Shown here: piece by piece, positions 1-7,763 of the stretch
Numbering within the stretch: the first letter of the stretch is position 1
How the letters are laid out: each line of letters opens with the position of its first letter
Source of the DNA: Deltaproteobacteria bacterium
GTDB lineage: Bacteria > Desulfobacterota > Desulfobacteria > Desulfobacterales > Desulfosalsimonadaceae
Reading direction: 5' to 3'
Assembly: GCA_013151835.1 (NCBI GenBank)
Contig: JAADHK010000044.1
Location: 11,447 to 75,446 of the forward strand
DNA length: 64,000 nucleotides
Notes under the pieces: generated by a model
Told to the model about the DNA's origin: nothing
The model's input: only the letters and a program-made list of their open reading frames with translations
Database searches by the model: none
Made by a program: the position numbers and the translations under genes

Positions 1-199
1 CCTGCCGGCGGGTTTCTTCCCGGGTGGCGGTTACAACGATCGGCTCAAGGAGGTAAACCCCGTCCGGCTGATTGGTTTGAACCCCTGGTCGGCCATCGGC
101 AAGGTTGTCTTCGGCCGCGCGGACTCCGGAGCCCATGCCGAAGAGAAGTATCCATAAGAGAATAACGAAAAAAACTATGCACGGATTTATTTGCCGCAT
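1..199 (-). CDS. TonB-dependent receptor, N-terminal fragment (gene runs off the window start)
   Basis: ATG at 199 on the minus strand. Translation is MRQINPCIVFFVILLWILLFGMGSGVRAAEDN...LEPIVVTATREETRRQ: a signal peptide followed by a TonB-box/plug-type IVVTATR motif. The frame is open to position 1. Confidence 0.5.
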   Translation of the reverse strand, partial: MRQINPCIVFFVILLWILLFGMGSGVRAAEDNLADGRPGVQTNQPDGVYLLEPIVVTATREETRRQ

Positions 200-212
200 G
201 TTTGCGGGGCCT

Positions 213-1562
213 TCATTCATTAGGATCGTCAATCCGGTACTTCTTAACCTTATCAATCAACGTCTTGCGGCTGATGCCCAGAAGATCGGCGGCCCGGGTC
301 TTGTTAAACCCGGTCTGCCGCAGGGCGAGCCCGATAAAGAATTTTTCCATTTCCTTAAGATTGAAATTGGAGAGCGCATCTAATTGTTCCGTGTTGAAGG
401 GTAGGTCCCGGGTGGTGATCATACTGCCCTTGCAAGTGATCACGGCCCGCTCCATGACGTTGACGAGTTCCCGGACGTTTCCGGGCCAGTCATAGAGGCC
501 AAGGGAGATTATGGCCCTTTCGGAAATCCCCTCGAGTGGGCGGTTATAAGCCTTCCGGAACCGGTTGAGGTAGTAATCCGCCAGAAGGGGAATATCCTCT
601 TTACGTTTTCTTAAGGGCGGGATTTCGATGGCATACACGTTTAGCCTGTATAAGAGGTCGGCCCGGAAGCGGCCAGCCTCCACCTCGGCATCCAGGTCAG
701 TATTTGTGGCCGTGATAACCCGGAAGTCGGAATAAATCCGGGCAGTCCCCCCCACCCTTGAAAAATCATGGGTTTCAAGAACCCGCAAGAGCTTTGACTG
801 GAACGCAGGGGGGGCGCTGCTGATTTCATCAAGAAAAAGGGTTGCCTTGTCCGCGATTTCAAAAAGCCCTTTTTTCTGTGTGACAGCCCCGGTAAAAGCC
901 CCTCTCTCGTGACCGAAGAGTTCGCTTTCAAGAACACCGGATGAAAATTCATTGCAGTTTACCGCGAAAAAGGGCCTGTCGCATCTTTGCCCCAGATCGT
1001 GAACGGCCCGTGCCACCAGTTCCTTGCCCGTTCCGGTCTCTCCGTTAATAAGGACGGTAACCGGCAGGTCGGCAACTTCCCGGATGGACTCAAGCACCTT
1101 TTGCATCCCCTCCGAGCCGCCGATCATCGACGTGGGCATGGCCGACAGCGAGACTTCCTTTTGCAGTGATTCGATTTGCGCGAGCCTCCGGCGTTTGCCC
1201 AGGGCTTCACGGACCGTGACCCAGAACAGGTCGATCTTGTCGTTAATCGGTTTTTCAAAATAGTGAAAAGCCCCTTTACGGATCATCTGAATGGCCATTT
1301 CAGATGAACCATAGGCGGTAACCAGGATCACCGGGATATCGGGATACAGGTCCTGTACCCGGTCGAAAAAATCGGTCCCGCTCATCTCCGGCATCTCTAT
1401 ATCCGATATAATCAGGTCAACGGGTTCCTTTTCAAGGCTTTTCAATGCCTGGACGGGCGAGGAAAAAGGCAGGATCTTAAACTCTTCTGTTTCGGGCATT
1501 AAGAGAAATAACTCAATAAATGCTTCGTTGTTATCGATGATTTGTATCTTCGATTTTTTCAT
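213..1562 (-). CDS. sigma54-dependent response regulator (NtrC-family enhancer-binding protein)
   Basis: REC domain (DLIISDIEMPEMSG). AAA+ sigma54-interaction domain (GETGTGKELVARAVH, ESELFGHERGAFTGA). C-terminal Fis-type HTH (RAADLLGISRKTLIDKVKKY). The ORF opens at 1577; the ATG at 1562 (MKKSKIQII) is preferred because AAAGGG lies just upstream. Confidence 0.9.
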   Translation of the reverse strand: MKKSKIQIIDNNEAFIELFLLMPETEEFKILPFSSPVQALKSLEKEPVDLIISDIEMPEMSGTDFFDRVQDLYPDIPVILVTAYGSSEMAIQMIRKGAFHYFEKPINDKIDLFWVTVREALGKRRRLAQIESLQKEVSLSAMPTSMIGGSEGMQKVLESIREVADLPVTVLINGETGTGKELVARAVHDLGQRCDRPFFAVNCNEFSSGVLESELFGHERGAFTGAVTQKKGLFEIADKATLFLDEISSAPPAFQSKLLRVLETHDFSRVGGTARIYSDFRVITATNTDLDAEVEAGRFRADLLYRLNVYAIEIPPLRKRKEDIPLLADYYLNRFRKAYNRPLEGISERAIISLGLYDWPGNVRELVNVMERAVITCKGSMITTRDLPFNTEQLDALSNFNLKEMEKFFIGLALRQTGFNKTRAADLLGISRKTLIDKVKKYRIDDPNE

Positions 1563-1786
1563 ACGCCCTTTTAACATAATCGTTTTGAAATGTCGAATGT
1601 AATGGGAGGCGCCGGATCTTTAAATCCGGGGCGCCCGGGGCGCAAGAATGTGTAATTTCGTACCGCCAAACAGGGCGCAAAATCGCTGTGTTGTAAAAAA
1701 ATGTGACGCCCCGGGGCTTTGTGGGAAACTAATGATTAATTAAATAGAATTACAATTGGTTATAAAGCAGGAAAAAGACTGGTTGT

Positions 1787-1801
1787 TGGCATGGAAGTTG
1801 C
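1787..1801 (+). promoter_or_regulatory. sigma54 (-24/-12) promoter candidate
   Basis: TGGCAT-ggaag-TTGC, with GG and GC spaced as in the TGGCAC-N5-TTGC consensus. It lies about 230 nt upstream of the REC gene at 2032 and is divergent from the sigma54 activator gene. Confidence 0.6.
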
Positions 1802-1832
1802 CATGGATATTAATAACGAATTCATTAACCTG

Positions 1833-1994
1833 GATGGCGTCGTAAAAAGTCCCATCTACTGCGTTGTAGCGGGTCGCGAAATACTCGGAATACTATATGT
1901 ATGCCTCCGCTTTCGCGACACCAACTACGCCTTGTATATGGAACTTTCTACTTAGCCATCTTTAACGGCTTGACGGGCTTTTTACGAGTCCGTC
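1833..1994 (-). mobile_element. MITE-like element, subfamily A, copy A1 (162 bp)
   Basis: Imperfect terminal inverted repeats: GATGGCGTCGTAAAAAGT at the left end and revcomp GACGGACTCGTAAAAAGC at the right end. Flanked by direct AACCTG at 1827-1832 and 1995-2000. Over its central part it is near-identical, in reverse orientation, to 4131..4286. Confidence 0.8.
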
Positions 1995-2031
1995 AACCTG
2001 AAAAATTTATCAGAAAAAAGGAATAAAGCTC

Positions 2032-2715
2032 ATGGATCAAAAAGGAATTGTTCTAGTCGTGGATGACAACAGGAATTACAGTGACATGTGTAAGATATAT
2101 CTTGAACAAGAGGGGTATTCCGTCCGTTTTGCCGAAAACGGAAAGCAGGGTCTCAAGCTGGTGGAGCAAATAAGGCCCGATTTAATTGCACTCGATCTCA
2201 TGATGCCGGTAATGGATGGATACCAAGTGCTTACAAGGCTTAAAGCTGCGCCGGAGTTAATGAATATTCCGGTGATCGTCCTGACGGTAAGCCCGGATAC
2301 CCAAGATGTGGTAAAGGCTTTTAATCTGGGCGCCAGTGATTATTTAAGAAAACCCTTTGATGTGGATGAATTTATCGCAAGGGTGAATATGCTGATAAGG
2401 CTCAAGCATGCACAAGATTCTCCGGCAAAGGCTGTGGTCCGGGAAACTGTGAGCCGGACGGGTTCAAAAGAGCCGTTGTTTGAAAAGGAAGTGGCTGAAA
2501 AAGAATATTGCTTAAATCCGGAAAGCGGTTTTGTTCCGCTATCAGGCGAGAGCTCAAATGATCTTCCAAAAAGACTTCTGGGGATAATCGGATTTATAGA
2601 AAACAGTTTAGCGCGATTTTCCTGTGATTTATCTTCCGAAAGCGATCTGCAATTTGCCTTAAGTGCGGTAAAGCACGCAAAACACCTGATAAGACAGAAC
2701 CTGCCCGCCGGTTGA
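2032..2715 (+). CDS. response-regulator receiver protein with a C-terminal His-less DHp-like helix region
   Basis: CheY-like REC (VVDDN, DLIALDLMMPVMDG, KPF). The C-terminus LLGIIGFIENSL...LSAVKHAKHLIRQ resembles the H-box/DHp of the next gene (LSKGIAHDFNNLL...MRAAKRAKHLLGR), but Gly replaces the phospho-accepting His and there is no ATPase domain. AAGGA RBS upstream. Confidence 0.85.
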   Translation: MDQKGIVLVVDDNRNYSDMCKIYLEQEGYSVRFAENGKQGLKLVEQIRPDLIALDLMMPVMDGYQVLTRLKAAPELMNIPVIVLTVSPDTQDVVKAFNLGASDYLRKPFDVDEFIARVNMLIRLKHAQDSPAKAVVRETVSRTGSKEPLFEKEVAEKEYCLNPESGFVPLSGESSNDLPKRLLGIIGFIENSLARFSCDLSSESDLQFALSAVKHAKHLIRQNLPAG

Positions 2716-2775
2716 TTCATAAAACAAAAAATTGATGGCGGCAATTGCAGTGACACTAAGGGAGGATTCAGGGTA

Positions 2776-4029
2776 ATGGTGAAGGATCAAAGTGCTATGG
2801 AGGAAATCAGGCCCTTGGAAAAAGGGATTGTATTAATTGTTGACGATAACCAGAGCAACAGGGAGATGTGCGGGATAAACCTGGAAAGAGAGGGCTTTTC
2901 ACCCTTTTTCGCACGGGATGGCGGAGAATGTCTGGATGTCGCGAAGAAAATCATGCCGGATGTGATTTTGCTCGATGTGGTAATGCCGGTGATGGATGGG
3001 TTTGAGGTTTTAGAAAAGCTCCGGGAGGATTCTGCGACCAGTGAGATACCGGTTCTTATGCTGACTGTGAAATCCGAGACGAAAAACATTGTAAAAGCCC
3101 TTAAACTGGGAGCAAATGATTATCTTAAAAAACCTTTTGAGATGGATGAGCTCATCGCGAGGATTGAAAAGCTGGTGGGGCTGAAAAATATTATGTCGTC
3201 GCTCGGCGAGGTTTCGGAAAATCTGAGACTGCGGACAGGGCAGCTCGAATCTGAATTAAAAAAGGGACTTGCCGAAACAAGCGCATTAAAAAAATATTTG
3301 ACCCATAGTCAGAAAATGGAGGCCCTGGCAACCCTTTCTAAGGGTATCGCGCATGATTTTAACAACCTCCTTTTTCTTATCATGGGCTATATCGATATGA
3401 CGATGTTTGATTTTTCAGGAGATCCCGTTTCGGCTGACAACCTTGAAAAGGCCATGCGGGCGGCTAAACGCGCAAAACATCTTTTAGGCCGGATTGTTGC
3501 GTTTAACGCGCCGGAAAACCGGGAGCTGATGCCTGTAAAACTACAAACCATTGTTGTTGAAACACTTGAAATTATAACATCGACACTCCCGTCCGAAATA
3601 ACTATAACGACAGATATAAACATGGAATGCGCGTCGGTCATGTGCCTGCCGTCCCATATCTACCAGGTTATCATAACTCTCTGCATGAATGCCTGCCATG
3701 CAATGCAGGAAAAAAGCGGGCACATTGAAGTCGGCCTGAATGAATTGGAAATCAGCTCCGCGAAAGGGATGAAAAAATTAAATCTTCCACCCGGAAAATA
3801 TATAAAATTAACAGTTGCGGACACGGGGGCGGACACGGGAGGCGAAAAAGCGAATGTTCGGCTGGAAAAAGCGTGCGCGTCTTCTCCCGAAGCCACGCAA
3901 GCCCGGGACGGAACGGAGATAGGATTGATGCTTGTGTGTGATATAGTAAAAAAGCTTAACGGCGTGATGACAACAGAGGCGGGTGCGGATAGAACGACTT
4001 ATTGCATATATCTCCCGGTGGTCGGTTAG
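2776..4029 (+). CDS. hybrid sensor: N-terminal receiver + HisKA + HATPase_c histidine kinase
   Basis: REC domain paralogous to the preceding gene. H-box GIAHDFNNLL, N-box CMNACHAM, G1 DTG, and a degenerate G2 (GTEIGL). GGAGGA RBS at 2761. Confidence 0.85.
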   Translation: MVKDQSAMEEIRPLEKGIVLIVDDNQSNREMCGINLEREGFSPFFARDGGECLDVAKKIMPDVILLDVVMPVMDGFEVLEKLREDSATSEIPVLMLTVKSETKNIVKALKLGANDYLKKPFEMDELIARIEKLVGLKNIMSSLGEVSENLRLRTGQLESELKKGLAETSALKKYLTHSQKMEALATLSKGIAHDFNNLLFLIMGYIDMTMFDFSGDPVSADNLEKAMRAAKRAKHLLGRIVAFNAPENRELMPVKLQTIVVETLEIITSTLPSEITITTDINMECASVMCLPSHIYQVIITLCMNACHAMQEKSGHIEVGLNELEISSAKGMKKLNLPPGKYIKLTVADTGADTGGEKANVRLEKACASSPEATQARDGTEIGLMLVCDIVKKLNGVMTTEAGADRTTYCIYLPVVG

Positions 4030-4063
4030 GCGGTGAGTCGAATCGCAGATGTGGCCGAACAAT

Positions 4064-4347
4064 GGCTAAGTGAAAAGTTCCATATACAAGGCGTAGTTTT
4101 TTCAGGCACGATGGCATACATATAGTATTTGATGATCTCGTAAAAAGTCAGGCAACCCGGTAAAGATGGCTAAGTAGAAAGTTCCATATACAAGGCGTAG
4201 TGGTGTCGCGAAAGCGATACATATAGTATTCCGAGCATTTCGCGACCCGCTACAACGCAGTAGATGGGACTTTTTACGACGCCATCAGTATTTCGAGTGC
4301 CGGAAAAAAACTACAACGCAGTAGATGGGAGTTTTAACGACGCCATC
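4064..4347 (+). mobile_element. MITE-like element, subfamily A (inner-stem variant 2), interrupted by insertion of another copy
   Basis: The left half (4064..4130, GGCTAAGTGAAAAGTTCCATATACAAGGCGTAG...CATACATATAGTATTT) and the right half (4287..4347, AGTATTTCGAGTGCCGGAAAAAAACTACAACGCAGTAGATGGGAGTTTTAACGACGCCATC) together are collinear with the uninterrupted copy at 29180..29350. Confidence 0.8.
4131..4286 (+). mobile_element. MITE-like element, subfamily A, copy A2 (156 bp), nested inside another copy
   Basis: TIRs are GATGATCTCGTAAAAAGTC and revcomp GATGGCGTCGTAAAAAGTC. A perfect 7-bp direct duplication AGTATTT lies at 4124-4130 and 4287-4293. Confidence 0.85.
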
Positions 4348-6439
4348 AGCTTATCTTGATGACATTATCCTCCCTGGCCGGACGCTGAATAAAGCCTTTC
4401 CCTTTTTTTGCCGCAGCCATGGTCCGGTTCCTGCCTTTGTCCTTGGCCTCGTAAAGGGCTATGTCGGCAGCCCGCACAAGACGTTCCGGCGGCAAATTTG
4501 CTTCCGGGATCATGGAGGCGACCCCGATGCTCAGTGTTACATATTTTGATGCCCGGGATTTTTCGTGGATGATTTTCAGGCTTTCGACCCCGGCTCTGAC
4601 ATTTTCAGCCACCAGCATGGCGCCGTCGACATCGGTGTTGGGCATGATGATAACGAATTCCTCGCCGCCATACCGTGCGACCAGGTCCACTGAACGCTTG
4701 ATGGCCGTTTTAATGGCAGAGGCAACTGATCTGAGGCACTCGTCACCGGCCTGGTGACCATAAGTATCATTGTAAAGCTTGAAGCTGTCCACGTCAGACA
4801 TGATAATGCCAAGGGGGAGTCCTTCACGTTTGTGCCGATCCCATTCCTGGCGAAGGTACTCATCAAAGCGCCGTCTGTTTGCAACCTGGGTCAGCTCGTC
4901 GGAAACAGCCATGGCCTGTAATTTTTCATGGGCCTTTGCCAGCGCCGCCTCGGCCTCTTTTCTGGACGTGATGTCAAAAAACGAGACAATGGTGCTCTCC
5001 TGCCCGGGCGGCTTGTACGCCTTCATGACCACATGTTTGTTCATCCGGTGTCTGCCGATAAAAATAAGTTCGTATTCGCTGGGTGGCGGAAGTCCCCGGG
5101 ACGCCTGGATTGCATGATATCTGCGGATCCGCGCGAGATTCTGCCGTTCAATAAATTCGGTCAGGCGAATTCTGTCTTTTATTTCAAGCCGGGAATAGCC
5201 CGTCATCTCGCAGAACTGGCTGTTGGCCATGGTGATTCTCATATTTTTTTCCACGAGGATGGTTGCCGTACCGGTGTTTTCAAACAGACTCCTGTATCGA
5301 AGCTCGCTTTCCTTGAGTTTACGCGCAACCTGCTGCAGCCTTATATTGTATTGCTGCAAAGCGGCTTTTGCCTGTTTTCTCGATGTGATGTCAACCAGCG
5401 TGGCAATGATCCGTTCATGCCACTGGGCCACGCTCAGCCTGATAATGACGTGTTTGATTTTCTGGGACTTATCGATGAGCTGGCATTCATATTCGGTGGG
5501 AGCGGTGTCGCCCATGGCCCGGCGGCGTATGTGAAACCTCTTGATCCTTTCAAGATCGTCTTTGTGAATAAAATCAGTGAGCCTTTTTTTGTTGCACAAT
5601 TCCCCCTTGGCATACCCGGTCAGTTGCTCGAATTTCGAATTGACAATGGAGATCATCATGTTTTCTTCAAGCAGAATTGTCGGCGTTCCCGAATGTTCGA
5701 ACATGTTTTTATAACGGGATTCACTTTCCTGCAGGGCGTCCCCTATCTTTTGAAGGCTTTTATTTGACTCTTCGAATTCAGTTGCCTTTTCGCCCGCCCA
5801 TAATTGGAGGTGGTCGATGTGACGGATAAGAATGCAGGTATAGATAAGGAGAAATATCGATAATGCGAGAAAGAGAAGAGCCGTGGGAGAAAATTGGGTT
5901 TCAGCTAACCGTATCAGGTATATGGCAAGCACGACAGGTGCGATGATATTTAAAAGGGAACGGATGCATTTGTAACCGTAATTGGCGCCATTGCCTACGG
6001 CGGTGATCAGGATGAAAAGCATCATGGGAGCAGGTTCCCATGGATCGCACAGCCATGCCACGCTGCATGCGGCCACATCGAGCAGGGCCGCCAGGGGTAT
6101 GTTCCTGAAGAAAAATTCGCGCCTTTTTAAAAGAAAATGGAAGAGAAAAAATGTGACAAGGAGCGCCCCGGCCAGCCCTACAATGGCGAACAGGTTTAAA
6201 AACAGAGGCTCTTTTGTGTTGAAAAGAAAATAGCCTGTTGCAAGAAGTGTAAATATTGTGCGGAATAAAAGCTGCAGTCCCGGTTTAATGACTCGCGGCG
6301 GTCCTCCCTCTTCCTCCGGCCATGCAATGGAAGGCTTTTCCTCGGCAAAGGAGAGCATGCTCAGGTCAACTACCGCTTCACTTTCCCGGTGTGCGGACCC
6401 ACCTTTTATCACGGATTGTTGTGCAAGTGTTTTGCCCAT
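4346..6439 (-). CDS. membrane-anchored PAS-PAS-GGDEF diguanylate cyclase
   Basis: Hydrophobic N-terminal third, two PAS-like repeats (SESRYKNMFEHSGTPT and SELRYRSLFENTGTAT), and GGDEF active site RYGGEEFVIIM. The TGA stop (4346-4348) overlaps the last bases of the repeat element. Confidence 0.9.
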   Translation of the reverse strand: MGKTLAQQSVIKGGSAHRESEAVVDLSMLSFAEEKPSIAWPEEEGGPPRVIKPGLQLLFRTIFTLLATGYFLFNTKEPLFLNLFAIVGLAGALLVTFFLFHFLLKRREFFFRNIPLAALLDVAACSVAWLCDPWEPAPMMLFILITAVGNGANYGYKCIRSLLNIIAPVVLAIYLIRLAETQFSPTALLFLALSIFLLIYTCILIRHIDHLQLWAGEKATEFEESNKSLQKIGDALQESESRYKNMFEHSGTPTILLEENMMISIVNSKFEQLTGYAKGELCNKKRLTDFIHKDDLERIKRFHIRRRAMGDTAPTEYECQLIDKSQKIKHVIIRLSVAQWHERIIATLVDITSRKQAKAALQQYNIRLQQVARKLKESELRYRSLFENTGTATILVEKNMRITMANSQFCEMTGYSRLEIKDRIRLTEFIERQNLARIRRYHAIQASRGLPPPSEYELIFIGRHRMNKHVVMKAYKPPGQESTIVSFFDITSRKEAEAALAKAHEKLQAMAVSDELTQVANRRRFDEYLRQEWDRHKREGLPLGIIMSDVDSFKLYNDTYGHQAGDECLRSVASAIKTAIKRSVDLVARYGGEEFVIIMPNTDVDGAMLVAENVRAGVESLKIIHEKSRASKYVTLSIGVASMIPEANLPPERLVRAADIALYEAKDKGRNRTMAAAKKGKGFIQRPAREDNVIKIS

Positions 6440-6719
6440 GGGCAGGCACCGTGCGTGTAGATTAACTGCATAATTTATCTATTCTGCTGAAAGTACAATG
6501 GATTGTCAATAGAAAAATGTGTTTGTCGAATATCCGGGGATAAAGCCCGTCCTTGAAATCATACATTCGATGCGCTAAGGAATGGGTGAAATACAAAAAA
6601 GCAATTAATAAGAGAAGGAAGGACGTTTTTTGAATGTCGAAGGAACATGACGAATTTGATCTTGAGGAATGACTTATCGAGTTTGCAGCAATGTTATAAT
6701 CAGAAGGCAAAAGCATCTT

Positions 6720-7763
6720 ATGGAACGGATCGATTATTTTGTTAAACGGATATTGCTTGTGGTTCCCACGTTTTTAGGGATTACGCTCCTTTGTTTTTCC
6801 CTAATACAGTTTGTGCCGGGCGGGCCGGTGGAGCAGGCGATCATGAAGATGAAGGGGATCGGCGGCGCAGCGGGCGAAGGCCCTAAGGGGGTCGCCTCCT
6901 CAATCCCCGAAGAGCAGGTAAAGCAGATCGTATCCTATTATGGTTTTGACCGCCCCTTTTACAAACGGTACTGGACCTGGCTTGTCTCCGACCGGATGGG
7001 GATGCGCATGGCATCTTACAGGTATCCGGACAAAACAGCCTGGCAATTGATCTCGGGGCGTTTCAGGGTTTCTCTCATATTTGGAATAACGGGTTTCTTT
7101 CTATCCTATCTTGTCTGCATTCCGTTGGGGATATCAAAGGCGTTAACCCATGAAACGCGTTTTGATATTGTTTCGAGCATCATTGTTTTCACCGGTTACG
7201 CCATACCGCCGTTCGCCCTGGGAATGGTATTGAAAATGCTTTTGTGCGGCACCACGGAAGGATTCTGGAATTTTTTCCCCTTGTCCGGCTTTCATTCGGA
7301 TTTATATTATAGCCTGGGGTTTTATGGCCGGGTAAAAGATATTTTTGCGCACATGTTTCTGCCGGTCGTATGTTACATGATCGGAAATTTTGCGATTCTG
7401 ACCCTTTTGATGAAAAACTCCCTCATGGAACAGGTCAGCCAGGATTATGTGCGGACGGTTCTTGCAAAGGGCGGGACCTATCTTCACGCGGTGTTGAAAC
7501 ATGCGGTCAGAAACGCGATGATACCCATCGCAACCGGCATGGGAAGCATCCTTACGGTAATGTTCGCGGGCTCGGTCATCATAGAGCAGGTCTTTGAAAT
7601 TCCGGGCATGGGCCGGTTGAGCCTGGAAGCCATCGTTTCCAGAGATTACCCCGTTTTCATGGGTATTTTGGCTTTGACCGCCATGTGCGGGCTTTTCGGA
7701 AATATATTGTCCGATTTTCTCTATGTCCTGATCGATCCGAGGATTAATTTTGCGAAATCGTAA
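6720..7763 (+). CDS. ABC transporter permease, YejB/OppB-like
   Basis: MERIDYFVKRILLVVPTFLGITLLCFSLIQFVPGGPVEQ matches the typical N-terminus of this permease family. The ORF opens at 6669, but the ATG at 6720 fits family length. Confidence 0.85.
   Translation: MERIDYFVKRILLVVPTFLGITLLCFSLIQFVPGGPVEQAIMKMKGIGGAAGEGPKGVASSIPEEQVKQIVSYYGFDRPFYKRYWTWLVSDRMGMRMASYRYPDKTAWQLISGRFRVSLIFGITGFFLSYLVCIPLGISKALTHETRFDIVSSIIVFTGYAIPPFALGMVLKMLLCGTTEGFWNFFPLSGFHSDLYYSLGFYGRVKDIFAHMFLPVVCYMIGNFAILTLLMKNSLMEQVSQDYVRTVLAKGGTYLHAVLKHAVRNAMIPIATGMGSILTVMFAGSVIIEQVFEIPGMGRLSLEAIVSRDYPVFMGILALTAMCGLFGNILSDFLYVLIDPRINFAKS

Noticed and set aside
105-495. ORFs 105..383(+) and 202..495(+) at the window start.
   Set aside because: They overlap the 3' end of the sigma54 activator gene and the 5' end of the TonB-dependent receptor gene on the minus strand. 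They have no RBS or motif support.
1833-4347. Composite transposon made of two inverted MITE copies carrying the REC + kinase genes.
   Set aside because: Copy A1 has its own AACCTG duplication on both of its own sides. The sequences outside the whole block (AACCTG on the left, AGCTTAT on the right) do not match. Independent insertions explain the geometry.
4928-5767. Long ORFs antisense to, or out of frame with, confidently assigned genes. Examples: 4928..5767(+), 11954..12982(+), 14337..15065(-), 17503..18213(+), 20035..20619(+), 24330..24941(+), 31976..32686(-), 34242..34874(+), 47708..48355(+), 48812..49648(+), 52517..53167(+), 54758..55318(-).
   Set aside because: Each lies entirely inside a gene with strong family motifs on the other strand or frame. 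Their translations are low-complexity (Arg/Ser/Pro/Gly-rich) with no recognisable domains. This is typical shadow-ORF behaviour in mid-to-high GC coding DNA.
6462-6716. 84-aa minus-strand ORF in the A/T-rich gap between the cyclase gene and the ABC operon.
   Set aside because: It lies in the low-complexity A/T-rich promoter region, has no RBS and overlaps the likely promoter and 5' end of the ABC operon.
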